This document shows, one piece after another, positions 1-9,291 of a stretch of 64,000 nt of DNA. The notes under the pieces are model-generated. The model had not been told where the DNA came from and made no database searches. It saw only the letters and a program-made list of their open reading frames with translations. The stretch is from NCBI GenBank assembly GCA_937991965.1, contig CALKLP010000112.1:3608-67607 (forward strand). Reading direction: 5' to 3'. The DNA is from an uncultured Verrucomicrobiales bacterium (GTDB taxonomy: Bacteria; Verrucomicrobiota; Verrucomicrobiia; Verrucomicrobiales; Akkermansiaceae). The stretch's first letter is position 1; each line of letters begins with the position of its first letter. The position numbers and the translations under genes were made by a program.

Positions 1-304
1 AATAGGAGTTAGGGTATCATTGGTTCAACATGTCCGTTTCCAGAGGCGATCACCAAAAACGCTCCTTGCGTTTCGTTGCTCTGATTTATCCGATCTTTAC
101 CCTAGGCTTGTCTTAGAGAATGACCTTTCAGGCTTTCATGAAAATCGAGGAGATTTGCAAGGCATCGAAACCAAATCCTCTTTGCGTCGTCGCGACTTTG
201 CGGTTACACACTACTGCAGTTTTTAGGATAAATGGCACAGAACAATTTCCGCTCGTTTAAGCTTGAGATTCTGGGGAAGTCCATTAGCCTTTCGCGGTCA
301 GACT

Positions 305-1066
305 ATGAGTGCCTCCGCGAAGACTATTGGAATTATTCCGGCCCGAAAAGCTTCTACCCGCTTTCCGGGGAAACCGTTGGCTCTTCTCTGCGGAAAGCCA
401 CTCCTTCAATGGACGTATGAAAGAGCATGCGCTTGCTCGAGTCTCGATCTAGTGGTTATTGCGACCGATGATGATGAAATCGCAGAACGAGCGAGAGGAT
501 TTGGCGCAGAAGTGGTCATGACTCAGGTCGATCACCCTACAGGGACGGATCGCATTGCAGAAGCAGCAGCGCATTACCCCAGCGCAGAATACATTATCAA
601 TATTCAGGGAGATGAGCCCTTGATCGAGCCGGAGTTAGTTAACTCACTAGCGCGTATACTCCAGGGTGATTCGCATTATGATATCGTGACGGCCGCCAAT
701 GTGTTCGGCGAGGAAGATGTGAATGATCCCAATTATGTGAAGGTGGTCATGAATGCGAGCGGAGGCGCGCTCTATTTCTCACGCAGTCCGATTCCCTTCC
801 GCCGTCAGCCTACGCTAGAATTAGAGAATTTCCGACATAAGGGGGTGTATGGTTTTCAGCGAGAAGCCTTAGAGCGTTTTATAGCACTGCCGGAGGGGCT
901 GCTAGAACAGGCCGAGCAACTTGAGCAACTGCGCGCCTTGGAGCACGGAATGAGCATCCACGTGACCATTACCGAGGACACCTCAATCGGTCTCGATACG
1001 CCCGAGCAAGTGCCTCTGATCGAATCTCAACTTAACACTTTACTTACGACGAGTGAGAAACTTTAG
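305..1066 (+). CDS. kdsB: 3-deoxy-manno-octulosonate cytidylyltransferase (CMP-KDO synthetase)
   Basis: N-terminal IGIIPARKASTRFPGKPL nucleotide-binding motif and IQGDEPL motif, with length typical of KdsB. Start moved from the TTG at 263 to the ATG at 305 (MSASAKT). Confidence 0.9.
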   Translation: MSASAKTIGIIPARKASTRFPGKPLALLCGKPLLQWTYERACACSSLDLVVIATDDDEIAERARGFGAEVVMTQVDHPTGTDRIAEAAAHYPSAEYIINIQGDEPLIEPELVNSLARILQGDSHYDIVTAANVFGEEDVNDPNYVKVVMNASGGALYFSRSPIPFRRQPTLELENFRHKGVYGFQREALERFIALPEGLLEQAEQLEQLRALEHGMSIHVTITEDTSIGLDTPEQVPLIESQLNTLLTTSEKL

Positions 1067-1087
1067 TAAGCCAAAATACAACGCATC

Positions 1088-2710
1088 ATGAAATACATAT
1101 TTATCACCGGAGGAGTTGTTTCCTCACTTGGTAAAGGGCTCGCCGCTTCTTCCCTCGGTGCCCTTTTAGAACAACGAGGAATCAAGGTTATGATGCAGAA
1201 GTTTGACCCGTATCTGAATGTGGATCCGGGCACCATGAGTCCTTATCAGCACGGGGAAGTGTATGTGCTAGATGATGGCGCGGAGTGTGATCTCGACCTT
1301 GGGCATTACGAGCGTTTTACCTCGGGTGTTCTATCCAAATTCAATAATTTAACCTCTGGTCAGGTGTTTGATACCGTTATTCGCAAGGAACGTAACGGGG
1401 CGTATTTAGGTAAGACGGTGCAGTATATTCCGCATGTGACGGATGAGATTCAGAACCGTCTGGATGAAGTCACGAAGCGTAATCCGGATGTGGATATCTT
1501 GATGACTGAAATCGGTGGCACGGTGGGAGATATTGAAGGGCATCTTTTCCTAGAAGCTCTGCGCCAATTTGCGCACAAGGTTGGACGTGAGAATGTGTGT
1601 TTTATCCACGTGACTCTCCTCCCTAAACTAAGAGCGGCAGGGGAGGTTAAGACCAAGCCAACGCAGCAGTCGGTGGCGAAACTCCGAGAGATCGGAATCA
1701 TGCCAGATATGATTGTGTGTCGGGTAGAGAAGGAAGAAGAGCTGGATGAGAGTAACCGCCGGAAAATTGCGATGTTCTGTAATGTCGATGAAGACTCGGT
1801 GATTCCCTTTTCTGATGTGGAGCACACCATTTATGAGGGTCCTCTGAACCTAAGGAAGCACTTCATGGATCGCCTCGTTGTGAGGCGTTTGGGGATGGAT
1901 ATCCACAATCCGGACATCACGCAGTGGCAAGAGTTCGTCGATAAAATCATCAATCCTAAGCACCACGTTAAAATCGCGGTGGTCGGAAAGTATATCGAGC
2001 TCCAAGACGCCTATAAATCCATCTACGAGTCCATAACACACGCGGGAGCACACCACAGCACCAAGGTCGAGGTGGTCCGTATTGATTCTGAAGAGGTCGA
2101 GGAGAAGTCTGCAAAGGAAGTGATTGGCGAAGTCTGCGGAATCTTGATTCCGGGTGGATTTGGCGACCGTGGTACGGAAGGAAAAATTCAAGCAACACAG
2201 TACGCTCGTGAAAATAATATCCCGTTCTTTGGGATTTGTTTAGGAATGCAGATTGCCTCCATTGAATTTGCGCGAAATGTATGCGGTCTTGAAGAAGCGA
2301 ACTCTACGGAATTTGATAAAGATACGAAGAATCCGATTATCTCACTGCAGGAAGAACAGCAAGACATTGAGTCCAAAGGTGGAACAATGCGTCTGGGTTC
2401 TTGTGAGTCGATCGTCTTCTCTGGCACCTTGGCATCGAAGCTCTATGACAATGCCGACCGTATCAGTGAGCGTCACCGTCACCGCTATGAATTCAACTCT
2501 GGCTATCAAGATTTAATGCAAGAGAAAGGGCTGATGATTTCCTCTGTTTCGGCGAAGGAAGGGTTGGTAGAGATTATAGAAATTCCATCGCACCCCTTCT
2601 TTATCGCGGCGCAATTCCACCCAGAATTCAAGTCTAAGCCGAATAAGCCACATCCTCTCTTTGCTGGTTTTATCAAGGCCAGTATGGATTTCTGTGGTTG
2701 CAAGGACTAG
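1088..2710 (+). CDS. pyrG: CTP synthase
   Basis: 540 aa. MKYIFITGGVVSSLGKG N-terminus, GICLGMQ amidotransferase cysteine and HRHRYEFN motif; colinear with PyrG. Confidence 0.97.
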   Translation: MKYIFITGGVVSSLGKGLAASSLGALLEQRGIKVMMQKFDPYLNVDPGTMSPYQHGEVYVLDDGAECDLDLGHYERFTSGVLSKFNNLTSGQVFDTVIRKERNGAYLGKTVQYIPHVTDEIQNRLDEVTKRNPDVDILMTEIGGTVGDIEGHLFLEALRQFAHKVGRENVCFIHVTLLPKLRAAGEVKTKPTQQSVAKLREIGIMPDMIVCRVEKEEELDESNRRKIAMFCNVDEDSVIPFSDVEHTIYEGPLNLRKHFMDRLVVRRLGMDIHNPDITQWQEFVDKIINPKHHVKIAVVGKYIELQDAYKSIYESITHAGAHHSTKVEVVRIDSEEVEEKSAKEVIGEVCGILIPGGFGDRGTEGKIQATQYARENNIPFFGICLGMQIASIEFARNVCGLEEANSTEFDKDTKNPIISLQEEQQDIESKGGTMRLGSCESIVFSGTLASKLYDNADRISERHRHRYEFNSGYQDLMQEKGLMISSVSAKEGLVEIIEIPSHPFFIAAQFHPEFKSKPNKPHPLFAGFIKASMDFCGCKD

Positions 2711-2716
2711 TGAAAA

Positions 2717-3877
2717 TCAGAGCTTCAAGGCTTTGATCGCTACGTTGATCGGTCGGCATCCTTTTTTGAGTCCATATTTCTTACATTGTTTTACGAAGGT
2801 GAGATCCTTGTCGTAAATCGCAATATAGGCATTGGAGGGGCAATCGCCCTCGTCCCAGAATTGGAGATCGTAGTTCTTTAAGCGCTCCTCTATCAAGGGG
2901 TGGCGCTCTAGGAGTGAACGCGATTCAAGAATACACACCAGACGCTTCTTTTGGAAAAGCAGAGACGAGCATTCTTGAGCTTCATTGAGCCACTTTAGAT
3001 TAGGGAATTCCTGCCATCGATCTTGGAACCAAAAGCAATCGGAGGGTGAGGTCTGCATCCCAGTGGCTAATTGATCAAAGGCTTCTTGTTGGGTCAGAGT
3101 TTCTTGGTCGGTAAACGTAAGGCGCCATTTCGCGGGGGAGACCGTGTGCATGGCTACGGTGAATAGTGGAGAGCCGGTTTTCTCATGGAGGAGGTGTGGA
3201 AGGCGGCTGCATGGGGTAGGGCATCCGAAAAAGGCGACGTGTTCTCCGCGCTCGCCAATACGTTGATCCGAGAGAATGGAAACGATCCCTCGCTTTTTGA
3301 GCAGGCGTAATAGGGTAAAGGCCGGGTTCTTGAAGCTCACTAAGGTCATGCCTGCAGACTCTCGGCGCTTCAATACAAGCTCGTTAACGTGTGGATTGTT
3401 CAGAGGGCGATATATCGCACCCATGGGCACGGATTCGGGTAACTTCGCGGTGAACTTGGTGAGCAATTCCCAGTTTCCCATGTGAGCGAGCATGAGAACC
3501 GCGCCAGTGCTTTCTAAAGCCTCGGATAGTTTATCTAAGCCTTCAATTTCTAGATGATTGGAGAGATCTTCCGCCGGAATGTTATGTGCGATCAGGGTGC
3601 TCAGGAAGTTGCCGCCATTTCCACGAAAAACGGCCTCAACCTCTTCATCGGTAGGGTTTGCGAGTTTAGAGTCATTACTCATGACGACGCGGAGATTCCT
3701 TTTAACGATCGCACGGTACGAGGGGCTGAACCGGTAGAAGAGAGCACCTATAAATTCCCCGAGGGCGTAAATGGACTCGATAGAAAAGCAGCCTAAAATA
3801 CGTTCTAGGAGGACGTAGCCACAATACTCTATTTTCCAAGATATTCGAGTGAGGAGGGAAGGTGTCTTTTGACTCAT
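2717..3877 (-). CDS. LpxL/HtrB-family lipid A (Kdo2-lipid IVA) acyltransferase with extra C-terminal region
   Basis: HX4(D/E) acyltransferase motif in LAHMGNWELL and an N-terminal hydrophobic anchor. Start set at ATG 3877 (MSQKTPSLL), which forms an ATGA overlap with the stop of the upstream gene. About 95 aa lie beyond the usual family end. Confidence 0.75.
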   Translation of the reverse strand: MSQKTPSLLTRISWKIEYCGYVLLERILGCFSIESIYALGEFIGALFYRFSPSYRAIVKRNLRVVMSNDSKLANPTDEEVEAVFRGNGGNFLSTLIAHNIPAEDLSNHLEIEGLDKLSEALESTGAVLMLAHMGNWELLTKFTAKLPESVPMGAIYRPLNNPHVNELVLKRRESAGMTLVSFKNPAFTLLRLLKKRGIVSILSDQRIGERGEHVAFFGCPTPCSRLPHLLHEKTGSPLFTVAMHTVSPAKWRLTFTDQETLTQQEAFDQLATGMQTSPSDCFWFQDRWQEFPNLKWLNEAQECSSLLFQKKRLVCILESRSLLERHPLIEERLKNYDLQFWDEGDCPSNAYIAIYDKDLTFVKQCKKYGLKKGCRPINVAIKALKL

Positions 3878-4524
3878 GGAGATGGAGGCAATTCTTTTGG
3901 TGCGGTGCGCTTGGTAATGGGTAAGCAAAAGCCAACGGTGGCAACAAAAATAAAGTAACAGGCGAGAAGTTCCAGATAGGACTTCACGATAACGGGGATT
4001 CGCTCATCATAACCGGTGCCCAGGCTTTCTTCCCAAAAGTTTTTTGAGCCAAAAGCCTCTCCAAAAACATATGCTAGGATTACAGCAGCGGCTAGGAAGC
4101 CAGATGTTGGGCGTCGTGAGGCAAACCCCATAAACCGGGCGAGAGGCTTGGCATGACGGATGAAGAGATAGCCGATAATGACAAGAATGGGGAGCTGTAT
4201 CCACTCAGTTTCAATAGGGTCAATAATGGCCTCTAAAGGCTTTTCATACTCGCCTATTGCGGCACAGATCGCTCCGAGTCCAAGGGCGATAAAGATGGGT
4301 TTTAGGCGTCCTGCATGGCCTGCTGTGGCGAAGTAAATGGCAGCAGAAATGATGAGGAAGGCTAACTGGAGTAATTCGACGGCACCGTCCTCTCCAACCG
4401 CATTAAAACTAGATTTCGGGAGGAAGGCTGGGAATAAAATAAGAACAGAGCCTAAAGCAACAAGAACGAGCATCAGGAGGAACCCGAGCCGGCCACGTTG
4501 TGCATCTTTAGGAATATCGTTCAA
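3874..4524 (-). CDS. polytopic membrane protein, unknown function
   Basis: 216-aa ORF with about 6 hydrophobic segments, translationally coupled (ATGA) to the downstream acyltransferase. No family motif recognised. Confidence 0.5.
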   Translation of the reverse strand: MNDIPKDAQRGRLGFLLMLVLVALGSVLILFPAFLPKSSFNAVGEDGAVELLQLAFLIISAAIYFATAGHAGRLKPIFIALGLGAICAAIGEYEKPLEAIIDPIETEWIQLPILVIIGYLFIRHAKPLARFMGFASRRPTSGFLAAAVILAYVFGEAFGSKNFWEESLGTGYDERIPVIVKSYLELLACYFIFVATVGFCLPITKRTAPKELPPSP

Positions 4525-4562
4525 AGTTACTCACGTATAAGGGGTTATTGTAAGGGGGCAAA

Positions 4563-4590
4563 GACAAAAAAAGCTCCAAGATGGAGCTTC
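4563..4590 (-). terminator. rho-independent terminator downstream of ssb
   Basis: The minus strand reads GAAGCTCCATCTTGGAGCTTTTTTTGTCTT. This gives a perfect 8-bp stem (AAGCTCCA/TGGAGCTT), a 3-nt loop and a T-run, about 29 nt after the ssb stop. Confidence 0.7.
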
Positions 4591-4618
4591 TTCATGTTAA
4601 AGTCAGTTTAGTAAGTAA

Positions 4619-5119
4619 TCAAAACGGGATATCATCCTCGTCTTCAGGTTCAAACTGAGGTTGAGCAGGTGCTTGCTCTTGAGGTTGCTGCTGTTGGGGA
4701 GCGCTATCGTAGCTGTCGTTATTCTGATAGGCTGGTTTTTGTTGCTGAGGAGCGTTTCCGCCGCCGCTGTTATTACCTCCGCCACCACCGACGAATTGCA
4801 TATTTTCCGCAACTACCTTGAGCTTGGTACGCTTTTGGCCGGTGTTCTTATCATCCCAAGAGTCCATTTCTAAACGTCCTTCAATAAACACTTCACGGCC
4901 TTTGGCTAGATATTGACCTGCGAGCTCAGCTTGTCTGCGCCAAAGAGTGACATCCACGAAGGTTGTTTCTTCACGGCGTTCTGTGCCAGATTCTCCGCCA
5001 CCAACACGGCGTCCAACGGCGATGCCGATATCACACACTGGAGTTCCACTGGGGGTGAAACGCACTTCAGGGTCTCTTGTAAGACGCCCGAGGACCATTA
5101 CTTTATTAAAATCTCCCAT
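4619..5119 (-). CDS. ssb: single-stranded DNA-binding protein
   Basis: OB-fold N-terminus MGDFNKVMVLGRLTRDPEVRFTPSG, Gly/Gln/Pro-rich linker and canonical acidic tip DEDDIPF. Confidence 0.95.
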   Translation of the reverse strand: MGDFNKVMVLGRLTRDPEVRFTPSGTPVCDIGIAVGRRVGGGESGTERREETTFVDVTLWRRQAELAGQYLAKGREVFIEGRLEMDSWDDKNTGQKRTKLKVVAENMQFVGGGGGNNSGGGNAPQQQKPAYQNNDSYDSAPQQQQPQEQAPAQPQFEPEDEDDIPF

Positions 5120-5148
5120 AGTGCTCTCAGTATAATGGTGTTCAGATG

Positions 5149-5436
5149 CTAGTCAAGCTTTTGGTAATATTGCATGTAGATGTCAGGATTCAAAGCGAGT
5201 TTTGCTTTGATTCCGTCGATTGCTGATGGCTCAGCATCAAAGATGAAGTCAATATATTGCGCGCCGTCTAGCTTACGGGCGTTGTATGCGAAAGTTTTAC
5301 GTCCGAGAGGCTTAACTTCACCGAGAGTAGCTCCTCCTGCTTCGAGGTCTTTGGTGATTGCGTCTTGAAAGTCTTGGATGGATTGTGATTTACCTTTGGT
5401 GTCAATCACGATGAGGGCTTCGTATTTTCTGCTCAT
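5149..5436 (-). CDS. rpsF: 30S ribosomal protein S6
   Basis: 95 aa. LGRKTFAYNARKLDGAQYIDFIFDA matches the S6 core (G-R-R-x-L-A-Y ... Y). Conserved position directly upstream of ssb. Confidence 0.85.
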   Translation of the reverse strand: MSRKYEALIVIDTKGKSQSIQDFQDAITKDLEAGGATLGEVKPLGRKTFAYNARKLDGAQYIDFIFDAEPSAIDGIKAKLALNPDIYMQYYQKLD

Positions 5437-6005
5437 TCTTTAGTTGGATTAGAAGAATTATTGGTGGTGTTGAATTGATTGGCGGCTGCCTCAATCCCAC
5501 GGGTGAGGGAAACTAATACGGCTTGGGAGGCAGTTGCAAGCATGTTTTCAACAAGTTCGCGTTCATTCGGGGGAAATTTCCCCAAAACATGACCTGTGAG
5601 GGCTTCTCCGCTGGCTTTTCCTACTCCGAGCTTGAGTCTAGGGAAGTCTTTACTCCCGAGATGGTTGATGATTGACTTTACGCCGTTTTGTCCGCCGTGG
5701 CTTCCCTTTTGCCTGAGGCGGATAGAGCCTGTGTCTAAGGTGACGTCATCGGTAACAACTAAGATCTCTTCTGGCTTGATGTTATAGTAGCGGGCGAGTT
5801 TCCCGACACACTTTCCGCTCTCATTCATGAACGTCAGGGGCTTGACGAGGTAAACGTTTTGATATTTCACGGTTTCTCCGAGCCATTTTTTGTCTCGTTG
5901 GAATTCTGTGCCAGTTCCGCGGATGAGATCATCTAAAACGGCAAACCCGACATTATGGCGCGTGCCATCGTACTGCTTGCCTGGGTTTCCAAGGCCGACA
6001 ACCAT
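5433..6005 (-). CDS. pth: peptidyl-tRNA hydrolase
   Basis: MVVGLGNPGKQYDGTRHNVGF is the canonical Pth N-terminus, with GSHGGQNGVKS later. Start set at ATG 6005. The longer ORF to 6302 runs into rplY. Confidence 0.9.
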   Translation of the reverse strand: MVVGLGNPGKQYDGTRHNVGFAVLDDLIRGTGTEFQRDKKWLGETVKYQNVYLVKPLTFMNESGKCVGKLARYYNIKPEEILVVTDDVTLDTGSIRLRQKGSHGGQNGVKSIINHLGSKDFPRLKLGVGKASGEALTGHVLGKFPPNERELVENMLATASQAVLVSLTRGIEAAANQFNTTNNSSNPTKE

Positions 6006-6129
6006 CTTAATCTGGGATGATCCAGATGGTGTTATCTGTTCTGTTATTTCAGGCACGGGGGCATTAGATGAAAAAAGCCCGAGGTGTTCAAGAACACGCC
6101 GGGCTTTTTGGAAGACTTGTTTCAAGGTG

Positions 6130-6759
6130 TTACTCTGCAGCAGCTTCTTCAGTAGAGGCTTCTTCACTCGTTCCTTCATCATCCGTTCCTTCAACGGACT
6201 GAGCAACACGTGTTTTCGCAACAAGTGCGACAACAACCTTGTCATGAAGGCTTGGGGTAACTCCTTCTGGGAATTCCATTTCTCCAATGTGATGAGCTTC
6301 ACTTACATTGAGGTGAGTGATATCGGTGGTGAGTGTTTCCGGAAGATGCTGTGGAAGGCACTTAACTGGGATTGTGTAGAGTAGTTGCTCAAGAAGGCCA
6401 CCTGCTTTAACACCGATTGCGTCACCTGTAAGGGTGAGAGGGATGTCTGCCTTGATTTCTGTTTTGTCATTCAAGGCAAGAAAGTCTGCATGGACGATTT
6501 CTTGCTTAAGAGCATTGAACTGAATGTCTTGGATGAAAACCTTTTGCTTTGTGCCATCGACGTCGAGCTCAACAATGATGTTTGAGGATGGAGCGCCTTT
6601 GAGCAGGTCATTGAATGCTTTTTTCTGAATCTTCAGGTTTTGGTTGTCACCACCACCGCCGTAAACAACGCATGGGATGAAGCCTTCACGGCGCATTTCA
6701 TTGAGAACTCCGGAACCGGTTCTTTGGCGCGACTGCGCTGCTAGTAATCTTTTTGACAT
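6130..6759 (-). CDS. rplY: 50S ribosomal protein L25 / general stress protein Ctc form
   Basis: 209 aa. N-terminal RTGSGVLNEMRREGFIPCVVYGGG motif and acidic C-terminal tail. Conserved prs-ctc-pth order. Confidence 0.9.
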   Translation of the reverse strand: MSKRLLAAQSRQRTGSGVLNEMRREGFIPCVVYGGGGDNQNLKIQKKAFNDLLKGAPSSNIIVELDVDGTKQKVFIQDIQFNALKQEIVHADFLALNDKTEIKADIPLTLTGDAIGVKAGGLLEQLLYTIPVKCLPQHLPETLTTDITHLNVSEAHHIGEMEFPEGVTPSLHDKVVVALVAKTRVAQSVEGTDDEGTSEEASTEEAAAE

Positions 6760-6810
6760 ATCTAATTAGGGGTTTGAGTTTGACGTTTTTGCGCCAAGGG
6801 GAAGGGAGCC

Positions 6811-7755
6811 TTACCCTTTAATGTGGTCAATGTCAAACAATGAACTGACAGATTTTCCACTATTAATGCGCACGATCGCTTCTCCGAGGAAGGGGGCGAT
6901 GGAAAGAGGCTTCACTTTTTCACTGCTTTGAACCGGGGTGGAGTTGGTGGTAATCACTTCCTCGATAGGGGAATCCATGATGCGCTTGTGGCCTAGCTCT
7001 TGGATTACGGCGTGGGAAACACCTGCAAAAATGCGAGCGGCACCATTGTCTTTAAGCATTTGAGCAGCGGCACAAAGGGTCCCTGCAGTTTCGGTCATAT
7101 CATCGATAATGAAAACGTCGCGGCCTTTGACGTTGCCAATGACGTTCATGGCCTCGACCTGGGTGGCGCTGACACGGTGTTTAGCCACGATGGCAAACTC
7201 TGCACCGAGCGATTGAGAGTATTGCTTGGCGAGTTTCACGGCACCAACATCGGGGGAGACGACGGTGAGGTTCTCGGTATTGCCCTCTAGCTTTTCCCAA
7301 ATGTATTTTACAAGGGTCGGCTCCGCACTGAGGTGGTCGACGGGGATGTCGAAGAAGCCTTGGATCTGTGCGGCGTGAAGATCCATGGTGATAACGCGCT
7401 GAATCCCAGCGGCAGTGAGGAGGTTTGCAACTAGTTTCGCGGTGATCGGCATGCGTGACTCATCCTTACGATCCTGTCTGGCGTAGCCGAAAAAGGGAAT
7501 GACGGCGGTGATGCTCTTAGCACTGGCACGTCGCGCTGCGTCTACCGTGATCATAAGCTCCATGAGGTTATGGTTCGTTGGTGGGCAAGTTGGCTGGATG
7601 ATGAAGAGGTCTTGCCCTCTAACGTTCTCATTAATTTGAACAAGGGTCTCGCCATCGGGAAAGGCAGAAATGGTTACATCCGTGAGAGGGATTCCTGTGA
7701 CGGAAGCTACTTCTTTCGCGAGTTCGGGGTGAGCGGAGCCACTAATGAGTTTCAT
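6811..7755 (-). CDS. prs: ribose-phosphate pyrophosphokinase (PRPP synthetase)
   Basis: 314 aa. FGYARQDRK and PRPP-binding loop VFIIDDMTETAGTL. Confidence 0.95.
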   Translation of the reverse strand: MKLISGSAHPELAKEVASVTGIPLTDVTISAFPDGETLVQINENVRGQDLFIIQPTCPPTNHNLMELMITVDAARRASAKSITAVIPFFGYARQDRKDESRMPITAKLVANLLTAAGIQRVITMDLHAAQIQGFFDIPVDHLSAEPTLVKYIWEKLEGNTENLTVVSPDVGAVKLAKQYSQSLGAEFAIVAKHRVSATQVEAMNVIGNVKGRDVFIIDDMTETAGTLCAAAQMLKDNGAARIFAGVSHAVIQELGHKRIMDSPIEEVITTNSTPVQSSEKVKPLSIAPFLGEAIVRINSGKSVSSLFDIDHIKG

Positions 7756-7827
7756 AGATAGGGAGATTTGTAGCGAATTCGAACCGCTTTTCTAGCACAA
7801 AAATGAATATGTGCTTTTTCTTTGAGA

Positions 7828-9219
7828 CTACTTAGCTCCCCGACTAAAGAGAACGGCGGGCACAGTCATCAGGAGAATTTTCAGATCGAGCCAGAATGAC
7901 CAGTTATCGATGTATTTGAGGTCGAGGGCGACCCAGTCGTCAAAGTTGGTAATCGAGTTGCGTCCCCCCGCTTGCCAGAGGCAGGTGATTCCAGGTTTCA
8001 CACTGAGGCGACGGCGGTGCTCGGATTTTTGGAATTCCTCGACCTCATAGACAGGGAGAGGCCTAGGACCGACTAAGCTCATTTCACCGGTGAGGACATT
8101 GATGAGCTGGGGGAGTTCATCGATCGAGGTTTTGCGGAGGAAGCTTCCCCAACCAAAAACGCGTGGGTCATTATCAAGCTTGAAAACAGGGCCGTCCATT
8201 TCGTTACCAACATCTTGTTTAACTTTTGCGAGCTGGGCTTCGGCATCAATATGCATGGTACGGAATTTCCACATCGTAAAGGGGCGGCCACAGATGCCCG
8301 CGCGCTTCTGCCTAAAAAATACAGGGCCACTTGGGCTCTTAATCCGAATTCCGATGGCCGCGATGAGCCAAAGAGGTGAGGTGCAAACAATGAGGGTAAA
8401 AGCACCGAGGCGATCAAGCGCTTTTTTGGCGAGAATAGAGTAGCTGATGGAAGGGGTAGAGCTAAGCGTGATCATGGTACGCCCAGCAACGGTTTCAACG
8501 CTGGGGATGGAGAGTTTAGTCCGGAGGAAGTCAGAGACCACCATGGACTCGATACCCATGGATTCGCAGAGTTCAATAGCTGAACTGACTTTACTAAATT
8601 CTGTTTTGCCAGCTAGGAAGACTGCGGTAGCGACAGAGCGTTCTTTTAAGAGTTGTACCAATTCTTCTGTACTGACACTCTCTAGGTTGACCTCTTCTTG
8701 GAGATCCCACATCCAATATCTAGCCGCACTTATTCCGTTTTTGAATTCGTCAACTTCTTTACCACTTCCAAAAATTTGAACGGATTGTTTGAGAGCATCA
8801 TTTTCCTTTTTCTTTTTTTGATAATGGTGAACGATGGCACCTCGGATTGCGAGTAATGTACTTAAAATAACGGGAAAACCTAATAATAAAAAGCGGCTAT
8901 CGGAGAGCGCACGCGTCACAATCATGATGACGAGTAAGATAACAGAGCAGATAAATACACCACTGAGTAGTTTCTTAAAGTTTTCTCTAAATCGGCTCTG
9001 GGCTTGGTAATATCCTAGCCCTTCTAGGGTCAGAGGGATGATAGGAATAGCGACGGCAATAATGAGGTCGAGATTATCTAAAAGAGGTGAGGCATTCGGT
9101 GCTTGTCCTACGAGAGAACGGAACAATGGGCGCAATATAGCAACGACCCAAAAAGCTGTCCATACGAGGATGCCATCAATAATGAGTAAGAGTTGTCTTG
9201 GAACACCGTTGTCTTTCAT
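7828..9219 (-). CDS. polyprenyl-phosphate glycosyl-1-phosphate transferase (WbaP/EpsB-type priming enzyme)
   Basis: 463 aa. N-terminal TM bundle, central soluble region and a C-terminal bacterial sugar transferase domain (RPFTMWKFRTM, DELPQLINVLTGEMSLVGPRP). Confidence 0.9.
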   Translation of the reverse strand: MKDNGVPRQLLLIIDGILVWTAFWVVAILRPLFRSLVGQAPNASPLLDNLDLIIAVAIPIIPLTLEGLGYYQAQSRFRENFKKLLSGVFICSVILLVIMIVTRALSDSRFLLLGFPVILSTLLAIRGAIVHHYQKKKKENDALKQSVQIFGSGKEVDEFKNGISAARYWMWDLQEEVNLESVSTEELVQLLKERSVATAVFLAGKTEFSKVSSAIELCESMGIESMVVSDFLRTKLSIPSVETVAGRTMITLSSTPSISYSILAKKALDRLGAFTLIVCTSPLWLIAAIGIRIKSPSGPVFFRQKRAGICGRPFTMWKFRTMHIDAEAQLAKVKQDVGNEMDGPVFKLDNDPRVFGWGSFLRKTSIDELPQLINVLTGEMSLVGPRPLPVYEVEEFQKSEHRRRLSVKPGITCLWQAGGRNSITNFDDWVALDLKYIDNWSFWLDLKILLMTVPAVLFSRGAK

Positions 9220-9291
9220 ATTCTGAGGAGAAATAACTGCCTAGTTTTCACGTGTTTACAAACTAATTTAGTAAGTTTTAATAAAAAATCC

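Noticed and set aside
1-262. Non-coding-looking leader region before kdsB that might hold a small RNA or riboswitch (the track shows 68-aa and 62-aa ORFs here).
   Set aside because: I could identify no conserved RNA motif, tRNA-like structure or convincing hairpin/terminator. The small ORFs have no recognisable features. The region may simply be the promoter or the end of a gene lying outside the window.
1450-2703. Multiple 60-170-aa ORFs antisense or out of frame inside well-supported genes. Examples: 1450..1830 and 1850..2191 in pyrG, 23498..23905 in a GT4, 47971..48471 and 47997..48509 in cysD, 54649..55083 in U32, and 45559..45954 in DegT.
   Set aside because: These are shadow ORFs within genes whose main frame has strong family signatures. 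Their translations are low-complexity (Arg/Ser/Pro-rich) with no motifs.
6006-6302. N-terminal 99-aa extension of the pth ORF (track ORF 5433..6302).
   Set aside because: The extension overlaps the 3' end of rplY (6130..6759) in another frame. The canonical Pth N-terminus MVVGLGNPG begins at ATG 6005, so the extension is an open-frame artefact.
6811-7755. prs (PRPP synthetase) lies next to the glycan locus and might be a dedicated PRPP supply for the UbiA-type phosphoribosyltransferase.
   Set aside because: prs-ctc-pth is a widely conserved housekeeping cluster, and prs lies outside the coupled operon (72-nt gap, downstream of the last glycan gene). The adjacency is most likely coincidental.
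7794-7820. Hairpin AGCACA-N10-TGTGCT followed by TTTTC between the priming transferase gene and prs.
   Set aside because: The T-run follows the stem only on the plus strand, where no gene is being terminated. On the minus strand, which is the transcribed direction, no U-tract follows. It is not supportable as a terminator.
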